Shown here piece by piece: positions 9,464 through 19,086 of a DNA stretch of 64,000 nt. Made by a program: the position numbers and the translations under genes. The DNA lies in IMG/VR virus record IMGVR_UViG_3300027759_004177, positions 248,001 to 312,000 of that record; one strand, 5' to 3'. Every line of letters starts with the position of its first letter. The first letter of the stretch is position 1. The notes below the pieces were generated by a model, which was not told the DNA's origin, did no database searches, and worked only from the letters and a program-made list of their open reading frames with translations.

Positions 9464-11445
9464 TAATTAGTTGCCGCCTCTATTGTTAATGCTGATAAAG
9501 ATTGACCCGTGGTCAATTTCACTCTAACATAAATTTCGTTTGTTGCTGTGCTACTTGAACTTACTGTACCAAAGGTTGCAGTTACACTTTTGTTGGTTTG
9601 GGCACTATTAAACAAGGCCAAGGCACCCAACGCACATCCGTTACTGCCGTTACCACCAGTGCCAGCACCAGGTTGTCCAGCACCTGCATAGGCCGTTCCC
9701 ATACTGAGCCAGCCGTTTAAGGTTGAGCTGGTATCTATTACGCTACCAGGAAGAGATACCCATAAGCCGGCCATGGTACCTGTGTATTTGATATCAAATT
9801 TACTTACCGCAGTACGTGTAAATTTAAATGTGTAGTATTGAGCTCCGTGACGTCCTGCACTGAGATTTGGTCCCACTGGCAAATATCCCGAAGCATAGTT
9901 GGTAATGTCGTGTTTTAGTGTAGCGGCCACCACTGTGGCGCAATTGGCTGTGAGGGTACCGGTGGTGCTGTTGAATGCAGCAGCACTGGCAGAATGTGTT
10001 GGAGTATCTGTGGTTCCTGGATTTACAATACGCACAGGGTTTCCAGATCCAGAGCCCACACTGACTGCAATGCTCATACTGGTTTCTTCAATTTGAGTTG
10101 CTGTGCCAGTTTTGTAAAGTACTGTGGCACCGGGTGGGAAATTTTGTGTACCAGTATTGTAACTGTTGCTTATGCTAATAGTAGGACCAAGAGCACTGGA
10201 TCCAAAGCCCGATATAACATTGGCTGTTGTTGTTACAGACAAAGTACCACTAGCCACATACAAATTGGCCGCTAGTGGGGTAGTTACGCCTGCACTGGCG
10301 TATGTGGTTGTTGCGGGTGCTGTCAGTGCTCCGCCAGCTGTTCCGGTGGCCATGCTGTCTGACGTCGGATACATATCTCCGCTTAATCTATTTACACTAT
10401 ACGATAAGGTAAATCCTGCTGAGCTATTTAAGTGCGGTATGGTACTGGAATAAGTGACTGTGTTAGAACTTAACGCAATACTAGTGGCACTAAATGTTGG
10501 AGTACCCGGATTGCTATTATCAAAGTACCACCAGCGTACATTGGTCGGTACTCCTTGATTGTGGGTTAAATAAACTTCGTTCCAGCCTGGAGCCACATTT
10601 GATCCGGTGGCATAGGCATTAAAACTTTCCCAAAAGCCACCAGAACCACCTATTATGGCAGCGTAGTCTTGGTCATTTCCTATAACCAAATGCCCATATG
10701 TGCCGTTTTGTGCCCCAAGGGCCATGGCGCGACTGCCCATCAAAGTGCTGTTTTTATAAACGCTGACTGTGCCCGATTCGCCGGGACCTACTGTGGTCAC
10801 GTTGCTGGTTGTGTATGTGGCTGCACGTCTTACGTTGGCCACTGTTGATCCGGCTGCCACTGTTCTTGAGTTGCCAGTTAAGTCAATCTGCGTAAGGTTG
10901 GCCATGCGGTACGTGCTCAAGGTACTGATTGTGATTGAGCTAGAGCCCGGGAATGTGGGTGGTGCTGGTGGAACCAGTTTGCCTAGTACAAAGTTTAATT
11001 GTGCTATTCCATCTGTGACTGATGTGCTGGTTGTCAATGTTACTGCGTTACTGGTTAGTGCTCCGGTGCTGTTGGCGCCCAGCTCAATGGTATTACCAGT
11101 AAAAGTTGTGTTGCCAGAAATTTCATCCAAGGTACCAAAGCGTAAGTTGCCAGAACCATCGGTCAAAATTACATTGTATGCTGATCCGCCTGTGACCACA
11201 ATACTTGAAATTGATCCAAGACCAATTCGACCTGTGTTGCTGGTAATTGTGTTGCCAAGTATGGTAAGGTTAGCTAATCGAACGTTGGCCGGAACATCTA
11301 GGCCGTACTGCGGGCTGTCTGTGCCAACGCCAAGTCTACGATTGGTAACATCAAGGTATGCTAAATTTCCATCAAAGGATAGATTGACACCCTGGCGTTC
11401 CAGGTTGTCTTTGAGCATTACTCCTGATATTTTACCTATTGCCAT
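9463..11445 (-). CDS. Virion structural protein
   Basis: 660 aa, T/S/G-rich; N-terminal MAIGKISGVML..NL.R.G..L....LYLDV.NRRLGVGT; stop overlaps the next ATG. Confidence 0.6.
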   Translation of the reverse strand: MAIGKISGVMLKDNLERQGVNLSFDGNLAYLDVTNRRLGVGTDSPQYGLDVPANVRLANLTILGNTITSNTGRIGLGSISSIVVTGGSAYNVILTDGSGNLRFGTLDEISGNTTFTGNTIELGANSTGALTSNAVTLTTSTSVTDGIAQLNFVLGKLVPPAPPTFPGSSSITISTLSTYRMANLTQIDLTGNSRTVAAGSTVANVRRAATYTTSNVTTVGPGESGTVSVYKNSTLMGSRAMALGAQNGTYGHLVIGNDQDYAAIIGGSGGFWESFNAYATGSNVAPGWNEVYLTHNQGVPTNVRWWYFDNSNPGTPTFSATSIALSSNTVTYSSTIPHLNSSAGFTLSYSVNRLSGDMYPTSDSMATGTAGGALTAPATTTYASAGVTTPLAANLYVASGTLSVTTTANVISGFGSSALGPTISISNSYNTGTQNFPPGATVLYKTGTATQIEETSMSIAVSVGSGSGNPVRIVNPGTTDTPTHSASAAAFNSTTGTLTANCATVVAATLKHDITNYASGYLPVGPNLSAGRHGAQYYTFKFTRTAVSKFDIKYTGTMAGLWVSLPGSVIDTSSTLNGWLSMGTAYAGAGQPGAGTGGNGSNGCALGALALFNSAQTNKSVTATFGTVSSSSTATNEIYVRVKLTTGQSLSALTIEAATN

Positions 11446-11455
11446 CTATTGGCTC

Positions 11456-11905
11456 CTAGGTAGCGTCAGTGCTGTTGAGATTGTATATTACCAATACTGT
11501 TTGTCCTGCGTCTCCAACTGCACTTGGTTCAATGTACAATTGATCTGATGCGACACCTGATGAAAAATGATAGTGTTCTACAGGTCTTTGTTGTACACCG
11601 CTGATGAATACTAGTATGCTGGCTTCTTCGCTGGTGATATAATCGCGTGGTGCATTGGTCATAGTAAACTGATTTACAGCGCCACCATCGATAGTGGTAA
11701 ATGTGTCTGTGGTAATTGGTACTTGACCAATTTTGGCTACAGAATTCCATTGGCCGTTGTAATAAAATTCAATTTTGCTAGTGGTCTGATTAAATCTCAT
11801 CTGACCGTTAACTGGGCTGTCTGGTCCTATGCTAGAGCTACCAAGCGGTATTTGAACAGCATAACTTCCGCCTTCCAGCTGAGTATTTTTAAGATAACGT
11901 CCCAT
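11456..11905 (-). CDS. Small virion structural protein
   Basis: Likely start MGRYLK at 11905, just after the upstream stop; GQMRFN....IEFY..GQW and ILVFISGVQQRP modules shared with neighbours. Confidence 0.6.
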   Translation of the reverse strand: MGRYLKNTQLEGGSYAVQIPLGSSSIGPDSPVNGQMRFNQTTSKIEFYYNGQWNSVAKIGQVPITTDTFTTIDGGAVNQFTMTNAPRDYITSEEASILVFISGVQQRPVEHYHFSSGVASDQLYIEPSAVGDAGQTVLVIYNLNSTDAT

Positions 11906-11906
11906 G

Positions 11907-12221
11907 TTAGATACCCAACGTGCTGACAGTAGCAACTATGGCATTACCTGTATTGGCGCTGGCCTGTAACATGTCGCCTGTGCTTAATATAATTTTTTCT
12001 AATTCAAGAATATATGTATCGCCGGCAGTGACAGTTTTGTTGCTGTATACTGTTGTGTTTGGTCCAGCTGTTCCCCCAGACGGTACCAAATGCAACGTAA
12101 AAGCTGTTGCTGATGCTGATCTGTTGCAAAAATATGTAACCGATACAACGTTTCCGTCTGTACCCGAAGCTACATAAATGTTACCTACTGTTGTTCCTAG
12201 TGCTGTGCTTTGTATGGCCAT
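11907..12221 (-). CDS. Small beta-rich virion protein
   Basis: 104 aa; AGGA Shine-Dalgarno; tightly packed in the operon. Confidence 0.6.
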   Translation of the reverse strand: MAIQSTALGTTVGNIYVASGTDGNVVSVTYFCNRSASATAFTLHLVPSGGTAGPNTTVYSNKTVTAGDTYILELEKIILSTGDMLQASANTGNAIVATVSTLGI

Positions 12222-12231
12222 TTTTCTTATC

Positions 12232-12792
12232 CTACAATATGATTGAATAGACCAATGCTCTATTCTTTGTGATTAATTCTTTTTTGTTGTTTGTTACACC
12301 AATCTTGTTGGTATATAAACCAGAGCCTCCCATGGCTGCGGTGTTTGCACGAACCTCTACGTTAGCCGATGTGTCAAACAAACTTTTGGTAGTAATGTTT
12401 AAATTACCGCCCAACGAAGGAGCCGAGTCTTGGTACACATTGCCAATCGCCCCAATCGAACCGCTAGTGATATTGCCCCAGACTGTTCCATCGTTAGTTA
12501 ACTGCCAGCTATCAACGTTTTCGTTGTATCTGATACCAACATCGTTTAACGATCCGCGATCAACTTCAATACCTGAATACACTGATGTTACGCCAGCACC
12601 AGTTTCTCCTTTGTTTAGAAGAATAGTGTTGTCAGTAATTTCTGTGTCGGTTTTGGTAACTACGCTGGTGTTTCCACCAACTACCATATTTCCCTGCACA
12701 AACAAGGTATGTGTGCTCACTGTTACGTTAGCACCGTATGTATCTTTGTTGGTTATTTGGTAATCACCTATGATGCGTTTGGTCAGACTCAT
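12232..12792 (-). CDS. Virion structural protein
   Basis: 186 aa; ITDNTILLNKGETGAGV...SGIEVDRG motif; preceded by late promoter CATAAATA (12821-12814). Confidence 0.6.
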   Translation of the reverse strand: MSLTKRIIGDYQITNKDTYGANVTVSTHTLFVQGNMVVGGNTSVVTKTDTEITDNTILLNKGETGAGVTSVYSGIEVDRGSLNDVGIRYNENVDSWQLTNDGTVWGNITSGSIGAIGNVYQDSAPSLGGNLNITTKSLFDTSANVEVRANTAAMGGSGLYTNKIGVTNNKKELITKNRALVYSIIL

Positions 12793-12844
12793 TCTAGTAT
12801 CCTGTTTATAGTGTATTTATGAGCGGTAAAACTTTGCCAAGTTC

Positions 12845-12871
12845 AAAAAAATAGCAGCCGAAGCTGCTATT
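12845..12871 (-). terminator. Intrinsic terminator with UUCG tetraloop
   Basis: ATAGCAGC-TTCG-GCTGCTAT then TTTTTT on the minus strand. Confidence 0.9.
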
Positions 12872-12889
12872 CTTATCAATCAAATTTGA

Positions 12890-13393
12890 TTAATGTGCAA
12901 CAATGTTAGCAAATGAGCTAGTAGCTACTTGACTGTTGTGCTTGTAACGCATTTTGTTACCGGCTTGATCATATACGTGTTTTGTAGTGATACGACTGGC
13001 ATAAAAAGCTGTGTTACTTGTGGTATAGCCAGTAATGGTCATTGTACTTGCACCAGATGCAGGGGCAGAGTTTGCTGCATCTGCGCCAGCGGCCAGTGTA
13101 CATACAGTAACACTAGCATTGCTGTGTGTTGCGCCGTTAACAGCGCCAACAGCGTTAGCAACCAAAAATTGCTCTGAACCTTTTTGTCTGATGATGTAAG
13201 CATTGGCATGCAATACGCCAGCTGCTGTACGAAATTGAACCTTGATAGTTTTAACACCTGTGCTGGTCACCCACTGTGGGACACCGCCAACACCACCAAA
13301 GTAATTTGAAGTTCCTACTGTACTACCAGTGATGCGTTGGTCTGATAGTGTACCGTCTGTTTGCTTGTGAGCAATTTTTAATCCGCGTGCCAT
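12890..13393 (-). CDS. Probable abundant virion protein (monocistronic late gene)
   Basis: 167 aa; strong SD AGGAG; own late promoter and terminator; YIIRQKGS..FLV motif. Confidence 0.6.
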   Translation of the reverse strand: MARGLKIAHKQTDGTLSDQRITGSTVGTSNYFGGVGGVPQWVTSTGVKTIKVQFRTAAGVLHANAYIIRQKGSEQFLVANAVGAVNGATHSNASVTVCTLAAGADAANSAPASGASTMTITGYTTSNTAFYASRITTKHVYDQAGNKMRYKHNSQVATSSFANIVAH

Positions 13394-13471
13394 TTTGTTT
13401 CTCCTGTTTTAGCGTTCTAGGCTACTCAAGGTAGGCTTACCTGAGAGTTTCATACGAACAAAGTATTTATC
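13394..13471 (-). promoter_or_regulatory. Late promoter GATAAATA plus structured 5' leader
   Basis: Promoter 13471-13464 overlaps the upstream stop; leader has CTCAGGTA-AGCC-TACCTTGAG hairpin enclosed by GTTC/GAAC before the SD. Confidence 0.5.
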
Positions 13472-14348
13472 CAATTTGGGTATAAACATATTCGGCCCAT
13501 AGCCGATGTCCTGCAGGATTGGGGTGGCAAGTGCTGCCTTTGAGATTGTACGGGCTGTCTCCCAAGAATCTCCAGCGTGTGCCTACACGTTCCATGATAT
13601 CTAAAAACTCGGCTTTGCGTTCGGGATTTTGTACAATGTATTTTTTTGTTAAAGGATCTATGCTCATCTGTCCTATAAAAGGTACAGGCTGTTGATAGTT
13701 GTCAAAGTTAAAGCGATCTTGTATCACATCACACCAAGTCTTTTCCAACAGCAACGGACTAGAAACGCCGGGCCAAAAATCTGTAAATGCTCGACCAACA
13801 TGTGCCGACACCGCAGGTAAATTTTTAAAATAAGTTTCTAAGTTAAGTAGTAAGTATTGTTCTACTTGACGCAAAAATGTTTCAATGGTGTCACTGGCTT
13901 GCCACATTTGCTGATATGGCTCTTCAACACGTATTCTTCTAGTGTATTCTGCTTCGCGAAGATCTTCTGTTAGTGTTACTATCACATAGATTTTTTTATA
14001 ATCAGCTTGTTGAATAAATGGCTGTAGGTCTTGTAGTTTTTCCAGCATCCAATAATTACTGCAACCCGGTCTAGCTAGATTAACCCAGTCTGCGTCAAGT
14101 AGACGACTAAGATGTCTACCTGCTATCTGCTCTTGTCTACAAGGGTCATTGCTGGACTTGTCCCAATCTATTGTGCCCAAATGGTCGCCCCAGGTCCAAC
14201 TATCTCCGACCATGACCAATAAGGTGTCTCGTCCTTGTATATCTTCTTCGTACCACTGCCGATAGCTGTGTATATTATCAGGACTCCAGTCGGTATGCCT
14301 GTGATCAATGCTTTCTTCAAAGCCAAGTGTGTGATAAAATTTAAACAT
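13467..14348 (-). CDS. SGNH/GDSL-fold hydrolase or acyltransferase
   Basis: VGDSWTWG, NLARPGCSN and CHPNPAGH motifs. Confidence 0.75.
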   Translation of the reverse strand: MFKFYHTLGFEESIDHRHTDWSPDNIHSYRQWYEEDIQGRDTLLVMVGDSWTWGDHLGTIDWDKSSNDPCRQEQIAGRHLSRLLDADWVNLARPGCSNYWMLEKLQDLQPFIQQADYKKIYVIVTLTEDLREAEYTRRIRVEEPYQQMWQASDTIETFLRQVEQYLLLNLETYFKNLPAVSAHVGRAFTDFWPGVSSPLLLEKTWCDVIQDRFNFDNYQQPVPFIGQMSIDPLTKKYIVQNPERKAEFLDIMERVGTRWRFLGDSPYNLKGSTCHPNPAGHRLWAEYVYTQIG

Positions 14349-15327
14349 TGTAAAGTGCTAGTATCCTGGTATCATACTTGATGGTGTTGATACACGCTTG
14401 ATTGTGTAAAAATATTTCTTGATTGTGTTTGTATAGAGTTGGCAAATCTTGCGACATTAATCGTTGAAATTCCGCAGTCAGTGCGGCAAATCTTTGTTGC
14501 GGATCAGTTATGCTGTCAAACCCGTAGTCTACACCTGCGGGCATTTTGAACCCCATATCTACTAGTCTTGCAATGGTACCTGGATTACTAAATGGTAAAA
14601 TAATGTGTCCTTTGATCAGTGGCTCAAATGTTTTTTCTGTGATGTGTATCAAGTCGTCGCGTAAAAAATTACTTTCACAATAGATGCTGACATAGCTGTC
14701 TAAATAAAATGTATTGGGTACGGGCTGAAATGCTCCTATTATGTCTTGCCCTTCTACTGTAATACCACGACTACGATTACTCACATATCCATAGTCAAGG
14801 TCTTTGACAAATTCATACAGGTTGGTTCTGTAGCTGAACTCCCGCCCGGTCATACTTAAAAACTTTTTTGCTTTGGGTCGATCAAAATCCAATTGGGGTA
14901 TTTGATATGCAGCCGGACCACTGTAATGGTGCAGGTATAACTTGTCGTGCGGAACTGTTTCCGTATAATAACTGCGATATCGATTCCACATAAAATCCCA
15001 AGACACAATGTCTACGTTGGCTAATTTTAGTTTGAGACTTTGATTTACTGTAAGGTAAACACGATGCGGATGATCAAAGTTACTAACAAACTCACAAAAT
15101 TTAGTGTGTTCGTAATCTCCAGTGTTGACTAAATCATAAAAAATAATTGTTCGACTTGCTCTGGCACGGTTGGTGTATATAGCTAACCACTCTGAGTCAT
15201 GTCTGTTATAGTGGTCAACCAGCGGCCAAAATAAAATCTGCGGATCGAACGTGTTAGCGTTAAGCCCAAGCAATTTAAGATGGTATGGTAAGTCGTCGCC
15301 TTCAATCCCGCGGATATTTTTGATCAT
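14341..15327 (-). CDS. Putative glycosyltransferase (GT10/GT-B-like C-terminal domain)
   Basis: KKFLS..GR...R..L and Y.DSYVSIYCES...ITEKTFEPL..GH motifs resemble GT10 fucosyltransferase-like donor-binding motifs. Confidence 0.55.
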   Translation of the reverse strand: MIKNIRGIEGDDLPYHLKLLGLNANTFDPQILFWPLVDHYNRHDSEWLAIYTNRARASRTIIFYDLVNTGDYEHTKFCEFVSNFDHPHRVYLTVNQSLKLKLANVDIVSWDFMWNRYRSYYTETVPHDKLYLHHYSGPAAYQIPQLDFDRPKAKKFLSMTGREFSYRTNLYEFVKDLDYGYVSNRSRGITVEGQDIIGAFQPVPNTFYLDSYVSIYCESNFLRDDLIHITEKTFEPLIKGHIILPFSNPGTIARLVDMGFKMPAGVDYGFDSITDPQQRFAALTAEFQRLMSQDLPTLYKHNQEIFLHNQACINTIKYDTRILALYNV

Positions 15328-16015
15328 AAAATTCTAATAGAAGTTCAGCAATACGCCGATGGCCTGCAATGTTAGGATGAAACAGCTTGCCCGTAAAGTA
15401 TTCATTTTCTCTTATGTCAGGCAAATCATATTCTTTGCCAGTTAATGCTCGAGTAATAGTAATTGGATAAATTAGATCTTTACGCAACATGTGTCCGTAG
15501 TTGTCAGTTATCAGTTGGTCAAAATAGCTAAAGAACACGCAATCTATTTCATTGTAAAAACAAAACTGTTGAAACTGAAAAACTGTTTGCACTCCTAAAA
15601 ATTCATTGTACAAACCAGACTCCACATATCGGTATGTTTGCTGTGCATAGTCTTGCATGTGCATCACACAGTCTGGCGCTCTACCTGTAAAGTGTATGTT
15701 GCTGGTACTGTATGGTGCCTCTGATGTTATGTTTATAAACTCGTTGTCTCGATTGTTATAACTCAAATACCTAGATGGTGCCGAGAGTCCAATCATGAAA
15801 ATTAATTTATATTCTTCAAAGTTGGGATATTGTTTTATGAAATTGAATAGTTGTACTGTGGTATGTCCAATGCTGCTGGCTGGTACACCCATGTTTACAT
15901 ATTCTACACCAAGTTGGTCAGCCACATGTTTGACCCAGGGATCTTCTCTAGGAATATCTAGTTCACTGCCGAAGGTCCATGAGTCTCCAAAGGCCACCAA
16001 TAACTGTTTCTTCAT
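15302..16015 (-). CDS. SGNH/GDSL-fold hydrolase or acyltransferase
   Basis: AFGDSWTFG, NMGVPASS and FHPNIAGH motifs; late promoter GTAAATA 5 nt upstream of the ATG. Confidence 0.75.
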   Translation of the reverse strand: MKKQLLVAFGDSWTFGSELDIPREDPWVKHVADQLGVEYVNMGVPASSIGHTTVQLFNFIKQYPNFEEYKLIFMIGLSAPSRYLSYNNRDNEFINITSEAPYSTSNIHFTGRAPDCVMHMQDYAQQTYRYVESGLYNEFLGVQTVFQFQQFCFYNEIDCVFFSYFDQLITDNYGHMLRKDLIYPITITRALTGKEYDLPDIRENEYFTGKLFHPNIAGHRRIAELLLEFYDQKYPRD

Positions 16016-16044
16016 TATTATATTTACATGATAAAACTACAGCC

Positions 16045-16075
16045 AACAAAAAAGGCTCCGAAGAGCCTTTTTGTT
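16045..16075 (-). terminator. Intrinsic terminator after the capsid gene
   Basis: AAAAAGGCTC-TTCG-GAGCCTTTTTT on the minus strand. Confidence 0.9.
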
Positions 16076-16106
16076 CCTTCCCATCCCTGGGGCAGATATT
16101 CCGTTT

Positions 16107-17285
16107 TTACTGGAACGATAGGTTTGATACAGAGATCTCACCAACGTAGTCACCAGCATTACCTAGCGAAGACGCTGTGTTTGTCAACTCTACATAACCA
16201 TAACGTGTCATAAATGATACGACTGGTTCGAATGTAGATGGATCTAGTACAACACCAGAACTCATCAATGGGATATATGGGCAATAGAACGCAGCTGCAT
16301 CAGCTTCGCTTGAACCCTTATAACCAACCAATACAGCCTGACTGTCGTTTGCATAACCGTCAACATATACCTTCATTGCACCGTTCAATGTACCAACAAA
16401 CTTGGTGTTTGTAGGAGCTTCGAATGTACCTTCTGTTGTACGAGCAAATGCACTTGTTGTAGCACTTTGTAGTACTGTCAAAGCAGCTGGACTTACAACT
16501 GCCCAGTTACCAGCACCACGACGTGTACGCTGAGCGATCTTGTTAGCAACACGGTTGACTAGAACTGCCAAAGCGGCATGCTCATCACCAACGAATGTGG
16601 CTGTACCAGATACAGCAGATTGGTCATATGCTTCATCAGTAGCGGCAAGAGCACGTAGGGAACCAAGAATCTCTTGATCGATCTCTACAGTGATTTCTTG
16701 TGCTAGGGCAGCCATAATTTCTGCCTCAACATCCAAACCATGCATAGACTGTGCGTCTTGTGCAGCTTCAAATGTCCAACGAGCACTTAACTTACGTGTT
16801 TTAGCTTCTACAACTTGTTTCAAAATCTGAACGTTAATACGGTTACCAGCAACACCTTCTAGTGTACTAGTTGTATTAGCCATACCAGTAGAGTTACTAC
16901 CAGAGTATGCTGTTGCAATTTTGAATGGGCTCAATGCTTCGTCACCAGCTGTTGTGCTTGTTGCGTATGCAGATGAATCTGTAACGCTGTCAGCATAACG
17001 TACACGTAGTGTATGGATCTGAGCAACTGGACCTGTCATTGGCTGTACACCAACGATTTCGTTGGCGATAACTGTTGGCATTACACGACGGATAACTGGT
17101 AGAATTACACGGTTAAGTGTAGCTACGTTACCTGCTTGTGTAGAGCCAGCTGTTGCGTTTTCAGCCAACATTTTGCGTGTATTCTCAAGGATTACACCCA
17201 TTGTAGTTCTTTTAGAACCATTTAGACCTTCTAACAGGGCTTCTTTTGTTTCGCCCCAACGGCCTTCTAATAATGCTTGTGTCAT
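16107..17285 (-). CDS. gp23: Major capsid protein (T4 gp23-like)
   Basis: IRRVMP..IA..IVGVQPMTGP, VEAKTRKL.A.WT.E.AQD...HGLD, EI..EID.EI, AFYCPYIPL, F.P...F.TRYG. Confidence 0.97.
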   Translation of the reverse strand: MTQALLEGRWGETKEALLEGLNGSKRTTMGVILENTRKMLAENATAGSTQAGNVATLNRVILPVIRRVMPTVIANEIVGVQPMTGPVAQIHTLRVRYADSVTDSSAYATSTTAGDEALSPFKIATAYSGSNSTGMANTTSTLEGVAGNRINVQILKQVVEAKTRKLSARWTFEAAQDAQSMHGLDVEAEIMAALAQEITVEIDQEILGSLRALAATDEAYDQSAVSGTATFVGDEHAALAVLVNRVANKIAQRTRRGAGNWAVVSPAALTVLQSATTSAFARTTEGTFEAPTNTKFVGTLNGAMKVYVDGYANDSQAVLVGYKGSSEADAAAFYCPYIPLMSSGVVLDPSTFEPVVSFMTRYGYVELTNTASSLGNAGDYVGEISVSNLSFQ

Positions 17286-17309
17286 AATATTCCTCTTTCC
17301 TTTTAGGGT

Positions 17310-18428
17310 TTAATTAAGCCCTGCTAAACGTTTCATTTCAAACACATTGGACATTACGTCTTTTGCTTCTGAAGTTTCAACGGCAGTTTTAGCAGTTTTA
17401 TCACCAGTTACCACTTGACGACTTTCTGTTAGAACAGCAGCTTTTGGGGCCACTTCTTTAACAGAAGAGTTGTTTAGTACAGCTGGTAGATACTTTTCAT
17501 ATGCGGACTGTAGCTTATCAGTCTGCACACTCTCGAGTAGGTCACGCATGATTGCTGACTTCTCTTTGTTCAAAGGTTTCAACATTTCTGCAAGACGTTC
17601 TTTGCGTTCTGTTGATTCTTTGATAATACGAATTTCTGTTTCTTTTGATTCAACCAAAGCTTTCTTATCTTCAATTGCTGATACTGCTTCAGACAATTTC
17701 TGAGTTACCATGTCCACTGTGGATTGTAACTCACGGATTTGTTTGTTCTCATTTAAGTGAGTAACAGCAAATTCGCTTGCGAATGCTTCATATAGACGAC
17801 GACCAAACATGTTCTCGCGAGCAACTTGGATGTCTTCTTTTAGTTGAGTCAGTTCTGACTCTAACGAACTGGTTACGGCCTCTTTAACAGCCTCAGCAGA
17901 TTGTTTTACGAACTTGGCTTGTAGTTCAGCTAACTTAGCTTTACCTTCAGCGACTAGACGAACCTTAGTTTCCACTACAGCTTTCTTGTCTGCTTCAAAT
18001 TCTTTGATTTCTTCTGCCAATGCACGGATTGTAAACTGTTCAAGTTTGCTGATAGCATTCTCGTAAGTTTTACGATCTGCACGTAGTTCTTTGATTTCTT
18101 CAGCTAGTTTACTAACTAAGAAATTGTCAAACTTACTTGCACTTTCAACCATTTGCTTTTTAAATGCAACACGGTCTTCGGCTAATTGTTGTTTTTCGTC
18201 TGCGAACTCTTGCAGTTCAGCAGTGAGAGACTCTGTTACCATTTTGTCTAGAGCTTCAACCATTACTGCTTTGTCATGTTGATAACGTTGAGCAAATTCT
18301 TCGCGTAATTCTGCACGAACTTGTTCTTTGGCTTCAGTAATGCGTGATTCCCAAGCTTCAGCAATAGCTGTCTTGGTCTCTTCATTAATGATTCCGTTAT
18401 CCAACAATGGTTTGATAGCATCTAACAT
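17310..18428 (-). CDS. gp22: Prohead core scaffold protein (gp22-like)
   Basis: 372-aa E/K-rich coiled coil between protease and capsid genes. Confidence 0.85.
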   Translation of the reverse strand: MLDAIKPLLDNGIINEETKTAIAEAWESRITEAKEQVRAELREEFAQRYQHDKAVMVEALDKMVTESLTAELQEFADEKQQLAEDRVAFKKQMVESASKFDNFLVSKLAEEIKELRADRKTYENAISKLEQFTIRALAEEIKEFEADKKAVVETKVRLVAEGKAKLAELQAKFVKQSAEAVKEAVTSSLESELTQLKEDIQVARENMFGRRLYEAFASEFAVTHLNENKQIRELQSTVDMVTQKLSEAVSAIEDKKALVESKETEIRIIKESTERKERLAEMLKPLNKEKSAIMRDLLESVQTDKLQSAYEKYLPAVLNNSSVKEVAPKAAVLTESRQVVTGDKTAKTAVETSEAKDVMSNVFEMKRLAGLN

Positions 18429-18440
18429 TGGATATTTCTC

Positions 18441-19073
18441 CTATAGTTTTAAATCTTTGATCAAGGCTGCAATGCCCTCTTTCAGGTACTTCTGTACTTT
18501 TTGATCTTGAGCGGCTTCACGTGCCGTTTCAAATACCTTAGCACCACCACGCATGTTCATCAAGCCTTCATAGATGGCTTTTGGATACGCATGAGGAGCA
18601 CTAGGTTGTGCTACGATGTCTACGGTAATGATTTCAAAATCACTAACGTGTCCACTTCCTTCATTGACATTGCCTGATCCACGTGACGAAACACCTAGCT
18701 TGACACCAGAGGTTATCATGGCTTCTACTAGTTGTCCCATTGGGGTTGGCAATACCTTTAATTTACCACGTCCTGTTGGACCATCCATCCACATCTTTTC
18801 AATCATGTGGCTTACACGGTCTAGGTTAATCTTTAAATCATCTGGGTGATCTACTTCGCCCAAGACTGAGTAACCTTCATTGATTTGTTTGTTGATGGTA
18901 TTAACAGCTTTTTCTATTTCATGGACAGGGTATACTCGTTCATTGGCGTTTTTTACTCCGCCTTCGATGAATATACCCTCCATTTTTAGAGTTTTCTTAC
19001 CATTCTCGTCGATGGACTCAACAATCAAGCCCGCCCGATCAAATGTAAGATTCTCTTTTAGGTACAAAGCCAT
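18441..19073 (-). CDS. gp21: Prohead protease (gp21-like)
   Basis: GIF...VKNAN.RVYP, GEVDHP....INLDRVSH, LPTPMG, LGVSSRGSG, DIVAQPSAP.AY. Confidence 0.95.
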   Translation of the reverse strand: MALYLKENLTFDRAGLIVESIDENGKKTLKMEGIFIEGGVKNANERVYPVHEIEKAVNTINKQINEGYSVLGEVDHPDDLKINLDRVSHMIEKMWMDGPTGRGKLKVLPTPMGQLVEAMITSGVKLGVSSRGSGNVNEGSGHVSDFEIITVDIVAQPSAPHAYPKAIYEGLMNMRGGAKVFETAREAAQDQKVQKYLKEGIAALIKDLKL

Positions 19074-19086
19074 TTGTAGTTCCTAA

